A stretch of DNA of 64,000 nucleotides from assembly GCA_964291495.2 (NCBI GenBank), contig OZ219872.1:768001-832000 (forward strand), written 5' to 3'. The notes beneath the pieces were generated by a model. That model did not search any database. It was not told where the DNA came from and worked only from the letters and a program-made list of their open reading frames with translations. Shown piece by piece: positions 45,796 to 56,186 of this stretch (the first letter of the stretch is position 1; the number at the start of each line of letters is the position of its first letter). The stretch is from Dehalococcoidia bacterium (GTDB taxonomy: Bacteria; Chloroflexota; Dehalococcoidia; UBA2979). A program made the translations under genes and the position numbers.

Positions 45796-47279
45796 GTGCG
45801 CACCGGCCCCGCAGCGAGGACTTCGGCGAGCGCCTCAGCTTCGACCGCGGCACGCCCGGCCGCCGCGCCGTCGACGTGCCCTGGTGGGACGGAATGCGGA
45901 CGCCGCTGCCCGAAGCGCACCTGCTGCGCGACTCGGTGCGGCTGCCGGAGCTGAGCCAGGGCGGCCTCGTGCGCTACTACACGGCGCTCTCCGCGCGGAA
46001 CTACGGCATCGACTCCGGCACTTACCCGCTCGGCTCCTGCACGATGAAGTACAACCCGAAGGTGGACGACCTCGTGGCGTCGCTGCCGGGCTTCGCCGGT
46101 GCACATCCGCAGGCCGCCGAGGAGGACGCGCAGGGCACCCTGCGCACGCTGCTGGAGCTGCGCCGGGGCCTCGCCGAGATCACCGGACTGCCCGCCGTGA
46201 GCCTCGCCCCGGCCGCCGGCGCGCACGGCGAGCTGGCGGGCGTGCTGATGATCACGCGCGCCCTCGAGGATCGCGGCGAGCTGGAGACGCGGCGGCGCAT
46301 CCTCGTCCCGGACTCGGCGCACGGCACGAACCCGGCGACCGCCGCGATGGCGGGCTTCACCGTCACGCAGATCCCCACCGGCCCGGATGGCTCGCTCGAT
46401 CGCGCCACCATCGAGCGCGAGCTGGACGAGACCGTCGCGGCGATGATGGTCACCGTCCCGAACACGCTCGGGCTCTGGGAGAACGGCATCGAGGAGGTTG
46501 CGGAGCTGATCCACGAGGCGGGCGCCTACCTCTACGGCGACGGCGCGAACCTCAACGCGATCATGGGCCGCGTCCGCTACGGCGACCTCGGGTTCGACGT
46601 CGTGCACCTCAACCTGCACAAGAGCTTCAGCACGCCGCACGGCGGCGGCGGCCCCGGCGCGGGGCCCGTCTGCTGCAGCGAGGAGCTGGCCCCCTACCTG
46701 CCGACGCCCGTGCTCGAGGAGGACGAGGACGGCCTCGTGCGCCTCGTCGCGCCGGAGCGCAGCATCGGGCGGCTCCAGCAGTTCCACGGCAACGTCGGCG
46801 TGCTGATCCGCGCCTACGCCTACATGCGCGCGCTCGGCCTCGAGGGCCTGCGCGCGGTCTCCGGTCAGGCCGTGCTCAACGCCAACTACCTGCGCGTGCT
46901 GATGCACGGCCACTACGACCTGCCGTACGACCAGCCCGTGCTGCACGAGGTGGTCTTCTCCGGCACGCGCCAGCGTCGCGAGCACGGCGTGCGCACCTAC
47001 GACATCGCGAAGCGGCTGATCGACCACGGCTTCCACCCGCCGACGGTCTACTTCCCGCTGATCGTCGAAGAGGCGCTGATGATCGAGCCGACCGAGACCG
47101 AGCCGCCCGAGGCGATCGAGGCGCTCGCCGAGGCGATGATCGCGATCGCCGAGGAGTCGGCCGAGGACCCGGACACCCTGCACGGCGCGCCCTGGACGGC
47201 GCCGCTCGGTCGCCTCGATGAGGCGACCGCCGCCCGCCGCCCGGTGTTGCGCTGGCAAGGCGGCGAGGACGGGAAGTAG
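45792..47279 (+). CDS. gcvPB: Glycine dehydrogenase subunit 2
   Basis: YPLGSCTMKYNPK, SAHGTNPA, HLNLHKSFSTPHGGGGPG. Confidence 0.96.
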   Translation: MSAHRPRSEDFGERLSFDRGTPGRRAVDVPWWDGMRTPLPEAHLLRDSVRLPELSQGGLVRYYTALSARNYGIDSGTYPLGSCTMKYNPKVDDLVASLPGFAGAHPQAAEEDAQGTLRTLLELRRGLAEITGLPAVSLAPAAGAHGELAGVLMITRALEDRGELETRRRILVPDSAHGTNPATAAMAGFTVTQIPTGPDGSLDRATIERELDETVAAMMVTVPNTLGLWENGIEEVAELIHEAGAYLYGDGANLNAIMGRVRYGDLGFDVVHLNLHKSFSTPHGGGGPGAGPVCCSEELAPYLPTPVLEEDEDGLVRLVAPERSIGRLQQFHGNVGVLIRAYAYMRALGLEGLRAVSGQAVLNANYLRVLMHGHYDLPYDQPVLHEVVFSGTRQRREHGVRTYDIAKRLIDHGFHPPTVYFPLIVEEALMIEPTETEPPEAIEALAEAMIAIAEESAEDPDTLHGAPWTAPLGRLDEATAARRPVLRWQGGEDGK

Positions 47280-47314
47280 CCTCCCCGGCAGGGACGGAGC
47301 AGAGAGGCGGCATC

Positions 47315-48721
47315 GTGGTCACGTCACGCAGCGAGGCACTGGCGGGAGTCTGGAACGCCCTCGGCGGCGACCCGGGCGACCTCGAGCACGTTCGTATCTC
47401 CAACGAGCAGCCGATGTACGCCTCGCACTTCGCGCTCGACAGCGCGGCGGCCGCGACGATCGGCGCCTCGGCGCTCGCGGCGGCGCGGGTCTGGCGCGAA
47501 CGCACGGGGCGCTGGCAGCAGGCGGAGATCGACGCGCGCCACGCCTCGGTCGCCTACCGCAGCGAGCGGCTGCTGCGCGCCGCCGGCAGGCCTGTCGGCG
47601 AGCAGTGGCATGACGTCTCCGGCTACTACCCCACCGCCGACGGCCGCTACATCCACCTGCACTGCAACTTCCCGCACTTCCGCGCCCGCACGCTGGAGGT
47701 ACTGGGCGCCGAGGAGAACCGCGACGACATCGCGCGCGCCTGCGCGCAGTGGAACGCCTTCGACCTCGAGGAGGCGGTGATCGCGGCGCGCTCCTGCGCC
47801 TTCATGCTGCGCAGCCGCGACGAGTGGCACGCGCACCCGCAAGGCGAGGCGCTGGCGACGCTCCCGCTGCTCACGATCACGCGACACGACGACGGCACGC
47901 CGCCCGAGCCGCTGCCCGAGGTCGACGCCTCCGAGGATCTGATGCCGCTCAGCGGCGTGCGCGTGCTGGATCTGACGCGCGTCATCGCGGGCCCGCTCTG
48001 CGGGCGCACCCTCGCCTCCTACGGCGCGGAGGTGCTGCGCGTCGGGGCGGAGCATTTGCCGCTCTCGCGGCGGCTCGCCGCCGACACCAGCTTCGGCAAG
48101 CGCTTCGCCTTCCTCGACCTGCGCGAGGAGGAAGGCCAGCAGCGCCTGCGTGAGCTGGCCTCGGAGGCCGGCGTCGTCGTGCAGGGCTATCGCCCCGGCA
48201 CGCTCGCCGGGCGCGGGTACGGCTTCGAGGCCGTCCGCGAGTGGCGGCCGGGCATCGTCTACCTCTCGCTCTCCGCCTGGTCCGAGGCCGGTCCGTGGTC
48301 GCACCGCCGCGGCTACGACAGCCTCGTGCAGACGGCCTCCGGCATCGCCCTCGAGGGCGGCCTGCGCGCCGGCGAGGAGGTGCGCCCGCTGCCGGCGCAG
48401 GCGCTCGATCACTCGGTCGGCTACCTCGCGGCTGCGGCGGTGATGACGGCGCTGGCGCGCCGCGCCCGCGAGGGCGGCAGCTACGAGATCCGCGTCTCGC
48501 TCGCACAGACCGGCCGCTGGTTCGACGCTCTCGGGCGCGTCGACGAGCCCGCCGAGCGGGACCCAGGCGTCGAGGACATCGCCGACCTCACCGCCCCGAT
48601 GGCGAGCGACTGGGGCGACCTCGTCTACCTGCGCCCGGCCGGCGTGCTCTCCGAGACGCCCCCACGCTGGACGAGCCCGCCGCCGCTCCCCGGCGCCGAC
48701 GAGGCGGCCTGGGCGGCGTAG
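47315..48721 (+). CDS. CaiB/BaiF CoA-transferase, long form
   Basis: PLSGVRVLDLTRVIAGP, QGYRPG, RRGYDSLVQ, QALDH. Confidence 0.9.
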   Translation: MVTSRSEALAGVWNALGGDPGDLEHVRISNEQPMYASHFALDSAAAATIGASALAAARVWRERTGRWQQAEIDARHASVAYRSERLLRAAGRPVGEQWHDVSGYYPTADGRYIHLHCNFPHFRARTLEVLGAEENRDDIARACAQWNAFDLEEAVIAARSCAFMLRSRDEWHAHPQGEALATLPLLTITRHDDGTPPEPLPEVDASEDLMPLSGVRVLDLTRVIAGPLCGRTLASYGAEVLRVGAEHLPLSRRLAADTSFGKRFAFLDLREEEGQQRLRELASEAGVVVQGYRPGTLAGRGYGFEAVREWRPGIVYLSLSAWSEAGPWSHRRGYDSLVQTASGIALEGGLRAGEEVRPLPAQALDHSVGYLAAAAVMTALARRAREGGSYEIRVSLAQTGRWFDALGRVDEPAERDPGVEDIADLTAPMASDWGDLVYLRPAGVLSETPPRWTSPPPLPGADEAAWAA

Positions 48722-48727
48722 GCCACG

Positions 48728-50167
48728 TTGACCACGTCAGTCCTCGTCCTCGGCGCGAGCGGGTACGTCGGCACGCACTTGGTGCCGCGGCTGGTGGAGC
48801 GCGGCTACCGCGTGCGCGCCTCCTCGCGGCGGCGCGACGCGCTCGAGGCGCGCGGCTGGGACGGCGTCGAGATCGCCGAGGCGAACGCGCTCGACCTGGT
48901 CGCGCTGGAGCGCGTGCTCGAGGGCATCGAGGTCGCCTACTACCTCGTGCACTCAATGGCGGCCGGGCGCGACTTCGCCCGCCGCGACCGCGAGGCCGCG
49001 GATCGCTTCCGCGCTGCCGCGGAGCGCGCGGGGGTGCGACGCATCATCTACCTCGGCGGGCTGCAGCCGCCGCGCGCCGCCTCGCCGCACCTGCGCTCGC
49101 GTCTCGAGACCGGCGAGTACCTGCGAGCGGGCTCCGTGCCCGTCACCGAGCTGCGCGCCGGCATCGTCGTCGGCCCCGGCTCCGCCGCCTTCGAGGTGAT
49201 CCGCGACCTCGTCTATCACTTGCCGGTCATGGTCACGCCTCGCTGGGTGCGCTCGCGCAGCCAGCCGATCGCGCTCGACGACCTGATCGAGATCCTCGTG
49301 CGCCTGCCGGAGCACGAGGAGACGGCTGGACGGATCTTCGACGCCGTCGGGCCGGAGACGCTGACTTACGAGGAGCTGCTGCGGCAGTTCGCAGACGTGA
49401 TTGGCAAGGAGCTGCGGATCATCCCCGTGCCCGTGCTCAGCCCCGGGCTCTCCTCGTGGTGGCTGGACCTCGTCACCTCGGTCCCGGCGAGCGTGGCGCG
49501 TCCGCTGATCGACGGACTCAAGCACGACCTCGTCTCCGGGCGCCCGGACGAGCTGCGCGAGCTGATCCCGCACCAGCCACGCAGCTACGAGCAGGCGGTG
49601 CGCGCAGCCCTCGAGGCCGAGACGAGCGCGGCGGTGCCGATCCGCTGGACGGAGGGCGCCTTCCGCTTCCGCCAGGAGCGACACGACTTCTCGTACTACG
49701 GCAAGACGGCCCGCTACGCGGTGCGGAGCAGCGCGCCGCCCGAGGCGGCATGGGCGCAGATCGCCGCGATCGGTGGCGATCGCGGCTGGTACTACGCGAC
49801 CTCGTTGTGGCGGCTGCGGGGTCTGTTCGACCGGCTGCTGGGCGGCGTGGGGATGCGCCGCGGGCGACGCCATCCTCGGGAGCTGCGCGCGGGCGACCCG
49901 CTCGACTTCTGGCGCGTCGCGGCAGTGGAGCCGGGACGGCGGTTGACACTGGTGGCGGAGATGAAGCTGCCGGGCTCGGCCGTGCTCGAGCTCGCCGTCG
50001 CACCCCTCGAGGGCGGCGGGTCAGCGGTGCAGCTGCAGGCGCACTTTCACCCGGCGGGCGCCCTGGGGCTGCTCTACTGGTACGCGCTCTGGCCGATCCA
50101 CCGCGCCATCTTCGCCGGACTCCCGCGCGCCATCGCGCGCCGCGCCGAGGAGGCCGGCGGCAGCTAG
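48728..50167 (+). CDS. YbjT-like atypical SDR with DUF2867 domain
   Basis: GASGYVG, YYLVHSM, HLRSR, IGGDRGWYY, AEMKLPG. Confidence 0.9.
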   Translation: MTTSVLVLGASGYVGTHLVPRLVERGYRVRASSRRRDALEARGWDGVEIAEANALDLVALERVLEGIEVAYYLVHSMAAGRDFARRDREAADRFRAAAERAGVRRIIYLGGLQPPRAASPHLRSRLETGEYLRAGSVPVTELRAGIVVGPGSAAFEVIRDLVYHLPVMVTPRWVRSRSQPIALDDLIEILVRLPEHEETAGRIFDAVGPETLTYEELLRQFADVIGKELRIIPVPVLSPGLSSWWLDLVTSVPASVARPLIDGLKHDLVSGRPDELRELIPHQPRSYEQAVRAALEAETSAAVPIRWTEGAFRFRQERHDFSYYGKTARYAVRSSAPPEAAWAQIAAIGGDRGWYYATSLWRLRGLFDRLLGGVGMRRGRRHPRELRAGDPLDFWRVAAVEPGRRLTLVAEMKLPGSAVLELAVAPLEGGGSAVQLQAHFHPAGALGLLYWYALWPIHRAIFAGLPRAIARRAEEAGGS

Positions 50168-50199
50168 CCGGACCGGGGGCCTCGAGGCAGGCGCGCGTC

Positions 50200-50565
50200 C
50201 TTCGTGGGGGGGCTGCGCCCCCCACACGCCCATCCCGGACGAGCGGGCGCTGCGCGCCGCTCGGACCCGCCCACCCGCCCCGGATTTCTTCTTCATGTGG
50301 GGGGCTTCGCCCCCCACGCCCCCCTTGGCTCCGCCGCCATTCCGGCCCCCTCTCCCCTCGCGGGAGAGGGCGGGGGTGAGGGGGACTCCGGAGTTCCGGC
50401 CAGGCAAGAGCCTCCCGAGGCGAGCAGCAGCGGGGCGTGGGGGCGCAGCCCCACAAAGGGAGTCCGGTGTGGGCGGCCCTGAGGGCGTAACAACCGATCA
50501 AGCCGGGAGTCAGGCCGGCGAGCCCCCTCACCCCAACCCTCTCCCCCAGGAGAGGGGGCCGGATC
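50200..50565. repeat. Mosaic intergenic repeat cluster (three GGGGC-x-GCCCC hairpins plus an inverted family A pair)
   Basis: Hairpins near 50206, 50298, 50432; family A copies at 50341-50389 and 50524-50563. Confidence 0.75.
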
Positions 50566-50573
50566 CGGGGACG

Positions 50574-51224
50574 CTAGCCCGAGAGGGCGTCCGCGAAGAA
50601 GTCGCCGGCGATGCGGGTGATGGCGCTCTCGTGGCCCCACCAGAAGTGATCGGCGCCGGGGACGATCTCGACGCTCGCCGAACCGGCAGCGACTTCCGCC
50701 AGCTCGTGCAGGCCCTCCTCGCCGCTGCCGTTGTCGGCGGAGCCGGAAAGCAGCAGCAGCGGGTTGGCGTAGGCCGCGAGGGCGGCCCGGCCCTCGTCCG
50801 CCATCGAGATCGGCAGCGCGATCAGCGCGAGCGCGGGGATCGAGGACGCCGCGGCCGCGGCAGCGACCCCGCTGCCGAACGAGTAGCCTGCGAGGCCGAC
50901 GCGCGACGCGTCGACCTCGTCGAGGCCCGCGGCGTAGGCGAGCACCGCTCGCGCGTCGACGAGCGCCTCGTCGCGGTCGCCGGGCGCGCCGTCGCTGCGG
51001 CCGACGCCGCGGAAGTTGAACATCAGCGCGCCGATGCCGTGTTGGCGCAGCCCGGACGCGACAGCCGCCACTACGTTGTTGTCCATCGACCCGCCGTAGA
51101 GCGGATGCGGGTGGCAGATGACGACCGCCGCGCAGGGATTCGCGGCGTCCGCGCCCTCGGGCAGCTCGAGGACGCCCTCGAGGCTGACGCCCGAGCTATC
51201 GATGGTGATCCGGGTCTGCGGCAT
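50574..51224 (-). CDS. Alpha/beta hydrolase
   Basis: CHPHPLYGGSMDNNVV, FNFRGVG, GYSFG, ADHF. Confidence 0.9.
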   Translation of the reverse strand: MPQTRITIDSSGVSLEGVLELPEGADAANPCAAVVICHPHPLYGGSMDNNVVAAVASGLRQHGIGALMFNFRGVGRSDGAPGDRDEALVDARAVLAYAAGLDEVDASRVGLAGYSFGSGVAAAAAASSIPALALIALPISMADEGRAALAAYANPLLLLSGSADNGSGEEGLHELAEVAAGSASVEIVPGADHFWWGHESAITRIAGDFFADALSG

Positions 51225-51322
51225 CGGCTTGCTCCCAACACAGTTGCGGCCCGCCATCGTGGCGGGCCGCAACGTCCATGCTCATAGCAGGGCCCGCTCG
51301 CGGGCCCGGCTTGTACGCGAGG

Positions 51323-52168
51323 CTAGTCGTCCCAGTCGATGACCTCGCGCTCGATCTGCCAGGCGTCCCAGGAGTCGGCGCCAGCGTTGTAGCGCTCCTG
51401 GATCGCCTTGCGCAGGACCATGTTCTCGTCCGCGTGCGGGTCGATCATGTCCCGGTTGACCTGGTACTCGTTGGCGAACGCCTCCTTGTGCGAGGCGAGG
51501 TCGAGGCCCTTGCCGATCGAGCGCTTGATCGCCTGCAGCGTGTAGCCGGGACGGGACGCGATCAGCGCCGCCCACTTGATCGTCTCCTCGCGGAGCGTGT
51601 CGTCCGGGAAGACGCGGTTGACGAAGCCCCAGTGCAGCGCCTTGCGCGCCGAGATCGGGCGGCCGTCGAGCAGCAGCTCCATCGCGCGAGCCTCACCGAT
51701 CACGCGCGGGATGCGAGAGGTGCCGGCGCCCGCGGCCATCGAGCCCATGATCACCTCGGGCTGGCCGAACGTGGCGGACTCGCCCGCGACCCGCAGGTTG
51801 GCGGTCGAGAACAGCTCGCAGCCGCCGCCCCAGCACTGGCCGTTGTTGACCGCGATCGAGACCATCGGGCCCAGGCGCAGCTCGGCGCCGCAGCGGGCCA
51901 TCCCGCCGAAGTCGCCGGTCGGCTCGCGACCTTCGGAGATGTCGATGCTGTCCTGCAGGGACATGTGGGCGAGGAAGTAGCCGGGCGTGCCGGAGGCGAG
52001 GATCAGCACCTTCGCGCCGGACTCGCGGACCTCGTCCATCGCGTCGGCCATCTTCTTGGCGAGGCCGAGGTACCACATGTTCATCGGCGGGTTATTGATC
52101 TCCACCAGGCCGACGCCCTCGGCCGGGTACTCGATGCTCACGCCTCCTACGTCTGTCGTGTTCGCCAT
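51323..52168 (-). CDS. Enoyl-CoA hydratase/isomerase family
   Basis: GQCWGGGCE, FGQPEV, A..WGFVN. Confidence 0.88.
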   Translation of the reverse strand: MANTTDVGGVSIEYPAEGVGLVEINNPPMNMWYLGLAKKMADAMDEVRESGAKVLILASGTPGYFLAHMSLQDSIDISEGREPTGDFGGMARCGAELRLGPMVSIAVNNGQCWGGGCELFSTANLRVAGESATFGQPEVIMGSMAAGAGTSRIPRVIGEARAMELLLDGRPISARKALHWGFVNRVFPDDTLREETIKWAALIASRPGYTLQAIKRSIGKGLDLASHKEAFANEYQVNRDMIDPHADENMVLRKAIQERYNAGADSWDAWQIEREVIDWDD

Positions 52169-52276
52169 GGGGATCCTTTCGTCACGCAATTCCGATGCCG
52201 GACGGCGGAAGCATAGCATCGCATTCGCAGCGCCGCCGAAGCCGTCAGGGGCCGCCGCGTGCGGCGGGAGATGCCG

Positions 52277-52720
52277 CTACTCGCGCAGCTTCCACGAGGA
52301 GCTGCTGTGCGTGCCGAGGTTGTACTCACGCTCGTAACGGCGATGCGCGAACAGCCACTCGCCGTCGACCTTGCGAAGATGATCGAAGTAGCGCCCGGCC
52401 AGCCGCAGCGTGCCGTCGTTCATGCCGAAGGCTGCGATGTAGCACTCGACGCGCGCCTCGTCCGGCGCGCCCTCGACGGCCTCGATGGCGAGACTGTTCG
52501 TCCAGTGCCGGTAGTCGTTCCCCGTCACTTCCAGCAGCCGCTCCATGTAGCTCCGGATCGAGTCGCGCCCGCGGAAGGTGAGGTCGCTTCCCATCAGCTC
52601 CAGCACGCCGTCCTCGGTGAACATCGCCGCCGTGCGCTCCGCCTCGCGGCGGTCGTAGGCGAGGTTCTGGCGCGCGAACAGGTCGCGGATCGCCTCGCGG
52701 TCCTCGAGCGTGAGCGTCAT
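52277..52720 (-). CDS. SnoaL-like/NTF2-family protein
   Basis: LEDREAIRDL, FTEDG, GRY.D.L.KVDGEWLFAHR. Confidence 0.85.
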   Translation of the reverse strand: MTLTLEDREAIRDLFARQNLAYDRREAERTAAMFTEDGVLELMGSDLTFRGRDSIRSYMERLLEVTGNDYRHWTNSLAIEAVEGAPDEARVECYIAAFGMNDGTLRLAGRYFDHLRKVDGEWLFAHRRYEREYNLGTHSSSSWKLRE

Positions 52721-52734
52721 CGTGGCTGCCTCCG

Positions 52735-53571
52735 CTATCCGCCGCTCGCCAGCTCGTCGGCGATGCGGGCGCCGGCCTCGTAGTCGGCAAACATCCGGTC
52801 GTAGTAGTCGGTGACGTCGGAGAGCCGGTGCGGGTGGGTGATGATGTAGCGCCGGTTCTCGCGCGCCCCGGCCAGCACGCGCGGGGCGACGTCCTCGGGC
52901 TGCATCGGGTTGGGCAGCTTGCCCAGGCTGGGGGCGGCGAACTCGTAGAAGCCGCCGAACTTCTCCGGGCGGTACTCGTTGGAGTTCGTCTGGTTCGTCG
53001 CCATCCCGCCCGGGCACCAGCAGGAGACACCGATGCCCTCCGGCTCCAGCTCGTCGCGCAGCACGTTGGTCATGCCGACCACCGCGTGCTTCGAGGCGGT
53101 GTAGACGCCGTGCTCGTTCGCCCGCGCGACAAGCCCGGACAGCGAGGCGGTGTTCACGATCTGGGCGGGGCCGTCCTGCTCGCGCATGCGCGGGACGAAG
53201 GCGCGGATGCCGTTCAGCACCCCTCGCAGGTTCACCGCGAACGTCCACTCCCAGTCGACCTCGGAGGCGTCGACGGTGGGGCCGCGCACGGAGACGCCGG
53301 CGTGGTTCAGCAGCAGGTTCGCCTCGCCGTACGCGGCGTAGGTGCGCTCGGCGAGCGCGTCCACCGCGTCGCGCTCGGAGACATCGACGCCCATCGCGAA
53401 GGCCTCGGCGCCGAGCGCCCGCGCCTCCCCGGCGACCTGCTCGATGCGTTCGCTGTCGAGGTCGGCGAGGGCGAGGCGCATGCCCTCGCGGGCGCATTCG
53501 AGCGCCAGCGCGCGGCCGACGCCGCGCCCCGCGCCGGTGATCACGGAGACCCGTCCCGCGAGCTGATCCAT
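52735..53571 (-). CDS. Short-chain dehydrogenase/reductase
   Basis: TGAGRGVG, VNTAS, YTASK. Confidence 0.9.
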   Translation of the reverse strand: MDQLAGRVSVITGAGRGVGRALALECAREGMRLALADLDSERIEQVAGEARALGAEAFAMGVDVSERDAVDALAERTYAAYGEANLLLNHAGVSVRGPTVDASEVDWEWTFAVNLRGVLNGIRAFVPRMREQDGPAQIVNTASLSGLVARANEHGVYTASKHAVVGMTNVLRDELEPEGIGVSCWCPGGMATNQTNSNEYRPEKFGGFYEFAAPSLGKLPNPMQPEDVAPRVLAGARENRRYIITHPHRLSDVTDYYDRMFADYEAGARIADELASGG

Positions 53572-53713
53572 CGCCGCCTCCACGCACTCCTCGGCGCCGT
53601 CGCGGGGTGATGATAGCCCGCCGCCGCGCGCCACGCGCGGGGGGAACCCGCGAGCTCTCGCCACAGCGGGTACAATCCCGCCGCAACGCGACGACGGCGC
53701 AAGGGGGCGCGCG

Positions 53714-54490
53714 ATGCCTGACCTGATCTATGAGAAGTTCGACCACTACGCGGTATTCACGATGAACCGCCCGGAGCGGCTCAATGCCCTCGGCGGCAGT
53801 CTGCGCGCCGAGCAGGCCGAGGCGCTGAACGACTTCACCGTCGACCCGGAGATGCGCGTCGGCATCGTGACCGGCGCGGGGCGCGCCTTCAGCGCTGGCA
53901 TGGACCTCAAGGAGGCGGCCGAGCGGGTGTCCGGAGGCCAGAGCGCGGCCGGGACGGCCTTCGACGGCCAGATCATGCCGCACCCCTACGGCTCCAATCC
54001 CAAGCCGTTCATCGCCGCGATCAACGGCCTCGCCGTCGGCGGCGGCCTCGAGACGGCGCTCGGCTGCGACATCCGCATCATGTCGACCGACGCCTACGTG
54101 GGGCTCTACGAGGCGAAGCGCGGGATCATCCCCGGACCGGGCCTGCACCTGCTGCCGCGCCTGATCGGCCTCTCGGGCGCCAGCCAGCTGCTGCTCACCG
54201 CGGAGCGCGTGGACCCGGAGCAGGCGCTGCAGTGGGGCATCGTCACCGAGGTGGTGGAGCCGGACCAGCTGATGCCTCGCGCGATCGAGTTGGCGCAGAT
54301 GATCGCCAGCAACGCGCCGCTCTCCGTGGCGGCGACGAAGGCGCAGATCCAGCACTGGTCGACGGCCGACCTCGCCAACAGCTTCCGGCTGTACCAATGG
54401 ATCTCCGACAAGGTCTTCAGCTCGGAAGACTCGAAGGAGGGCCCCACCGCCTTCGCCGAGAAGCGCACGCCGCACTGGGTGGGCCGCTAG
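53714..54490 (+). CDS. Enoyl-CoA hydratase/isomerase family
   Basis: NRPERLNA, FSAGMDL, GGGLE, AFAEKR. Confidence 0.92.
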   Translation: MPDLIYEKFDHYAVFTMNRPERLNALGGSLRAEQAEALNDFTVDPEMRVGIVTGAGRAFSAGMDLKEAAERVSGGQSAAGTAFDGQIMPHPYGSNPKPFIAAINGLAVGGGLETALGCDIRIMSTDAYVGLYEAKRGIIPGPGLHLLPRLIGLSGASQLLLTAERVDPEQALQWGIVTEVVEPDQLMPRAIELAQMIASNAPLSVAATKAQIQHWSTADLANSFRLYQWISDKVFSSEDSKEGPTAFAEKRTPHWVGR

Positions 54491-54582
54491 CGAACCAACC
54501 AGTTCTGTCCCCTCTCCCCGTGGGAGAGGGTGAGGGTGAGGGCGGGGCCGGCGCACGGTACGCACCTCGAGGACGCGATCCG

Positions 54583-55689
54583 ATGGCGGACGCACAGGCC
54601 GACCCGCTGCGCACCCGGCTCTGCGAGGAGTACGGCTGCGAGATCCCGATCGTCGCCTTCGCGCTGACGAAAGAGGTCGTCGCCGCCGCCAGCAACGCCG
54701 GCGCGATCGGCGTGCTCGGCATCAGCCCGCTCGAGCCCGAGGACGCGCGCGAGCAGATCCGCTGGATCCGCGACCAGGTCGGCGACCGCCCCTTCGGCAT
54801 CGACACGCTGCTCCCCGCCTCGTTCGAGGAGGGCAACCCCGAGGACCTCGAGGCGATGATCCCGGAGGAGCATCGCGATTTCGTCGACCGCCTCCAGCGC
54901 GACAACGAGATCCCCGAGCCGACGAGCCCGGTCAAGGCCGTGCTCGGCGCTGACCTGCTGCAGCGCGTGCGTCGCCAGCTGGACGTGATCTTCGAGGAGC
55001 GCGTGCCGATCTTCGCCTCCGGCCTCGGCAGCCCCGCCGTCGTGCTCGAACGCGGGCACGAGGTCGGCACGATAGTCTGGGGGCTGATCGGCATGCCGCG
55101 CCAGGCGCGCCGCGAGCTGGAGGCGGGCGTCGACCTGCTGATCGCGCAGGGCGGCGACTCCGGCGGCCACAGCGGGCGCATCGGCACCTTCTCGCTCGTC
55201 CCGACGGTGACGAGGATGGCGCGCGAGTACGACACGCCGATCCTCGCCGCCGGCGGCGTGACCAGCGGCGAGCACCTCGCGGCAGCGATCGCGCTCGGCG
55301 CGGCGGGGGTGTGGTGCGGCACGATCTGGCAGAGCACGCACCAGTCGGACGTGCTGCCGCACGTCAAGGAGCGGCTGATCGCCGCGCAGACGGAGGACTC
55401 CGTACAGAGCCGCGCCTCCACCGGCAAGCGCGCCTCGATGCTGCGCTCGAAGTGGACCGAGGCCTGGTCCGCGCCGGGCGCGCCGGACCCGCTGAAGATG
55501 CCGCTGCAGGGGATGCTGGTCGCGAAGATCCAGCAGGCGATCGACGACTGGGAGGTGCGCGACTTCCAGACGGTCGCCGCCGGTCAGGGCGTCGGCCTGA
55601 TCTCCGAGGAGCGCAGCGTCGAGCAGGTGCTCGCGGACCTCATGGACGAGGCCCGCGCCGCCCTCGCGCGCGCCCCGCTACGAGGCTAG
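54583..55689 (+). CDS. Nitronate monooxygenase/FabK-family flavoprotein
   Basis: AASNAGAIG, IAQG..SGGH, LAAGG, GVWCGT. Confidence 0.88.
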   Translation: MADAQADPLRTRLCEEYGCEIPIVAFALTKEVVAAASNAGAIGVLGISPLEPEDAREQIRWIRDQVGDRPFGIDTLLPASFEEGNPEDLEAMIPEEHRDFVDRLQRDNEIPEPTSPVKAVLGADLLQRVRRQLDVIFEERVPIFASGLGSPAVVLERGHEVGTIVWGLIGMPRQARRELEAGVDLLIAQGGDSGGHSGRIGTFSLVPTVTRMAREYDTPILAAGGVTSGEHLAAAIALGAAGVWCGTIWQSTHQSDVLPHVKERLIAAQTEDSVQSRASTGKRASMLRSKWTEAWSAPGAPDPLKMPLQGMLVAKIQQAIDDWEVRDFQTVAAGQGVGLISEERSVEQVLADLMDEARAALARAPLRG

Positions 55690-56186
55690 CCGGCCTCGCT
55701 CTCCCGCTCCTCCGCCCGGATCCAGCGCACGGCGCGCAGCGCGTCCTCGACCGGCATGCGCCCAATCGAGCCGACCGCATACGAGGCGTGGTAGACCGTG
55801 CGGTCAGGCCGCAGCACCAGCACGGCTGGCTCCGTGTGGCCGCCGTGCGCGCTCGCCGGCTCGGGCGTGCGCATCGCGCCGTAGCGCGCGCCCACCTCGC
55901 CGCCGGGGTCGTGGAGGAAGGTGACGCCCTCGAGGCCGTGGCGCTCCGGTAGCGCCCGCAGCTGCTCGGGGGCGTCGTCGCCGATCACCACCCAGCGCGC
56001 GCCCTGCTCGGCGAAGTCGTCGAGTCGTCCCTGCAGGCCCTGCAGGTAGCGATTGCAGACGCCTCACCACTCGCCGCGGATCCAGCTGAGGACCAGGACG
56101 TCGTCGGGCTGATCGGCCAGCCGCCACTCGCCGCCGTCCAGATCGAGCAGCGTGAACTCCGGCGCGGCCTCGTTCCTTCGCAGCAT
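55686..56186 (-). CDS. Peroxiredoxin-like (AhpC/TSA) selenoprotein, UxxC
   Basis: MLRRNEAAPEFTLLDLDG...RGEW-TGA-GVCNRYL; frame continues to 55686; TGA at the redox Cys position. Confidence 0.85.
56026..56063 (-). promoter_or_regulatory. Putative bacterial SECIS hairpin
   Basis: CCTGCAG-GGC-CTGCAGG begins 17 nt after the in-frame UGA; CGTC/GACG lower stem. Confidence 0.6.

Noticed and set aside
55686-56186. Pseudogene interpretation of the Prx-like gene
   Set aside because: The single stop lies exactly at the redox Cys with a SECIS-like hairpin and there are no other lesions
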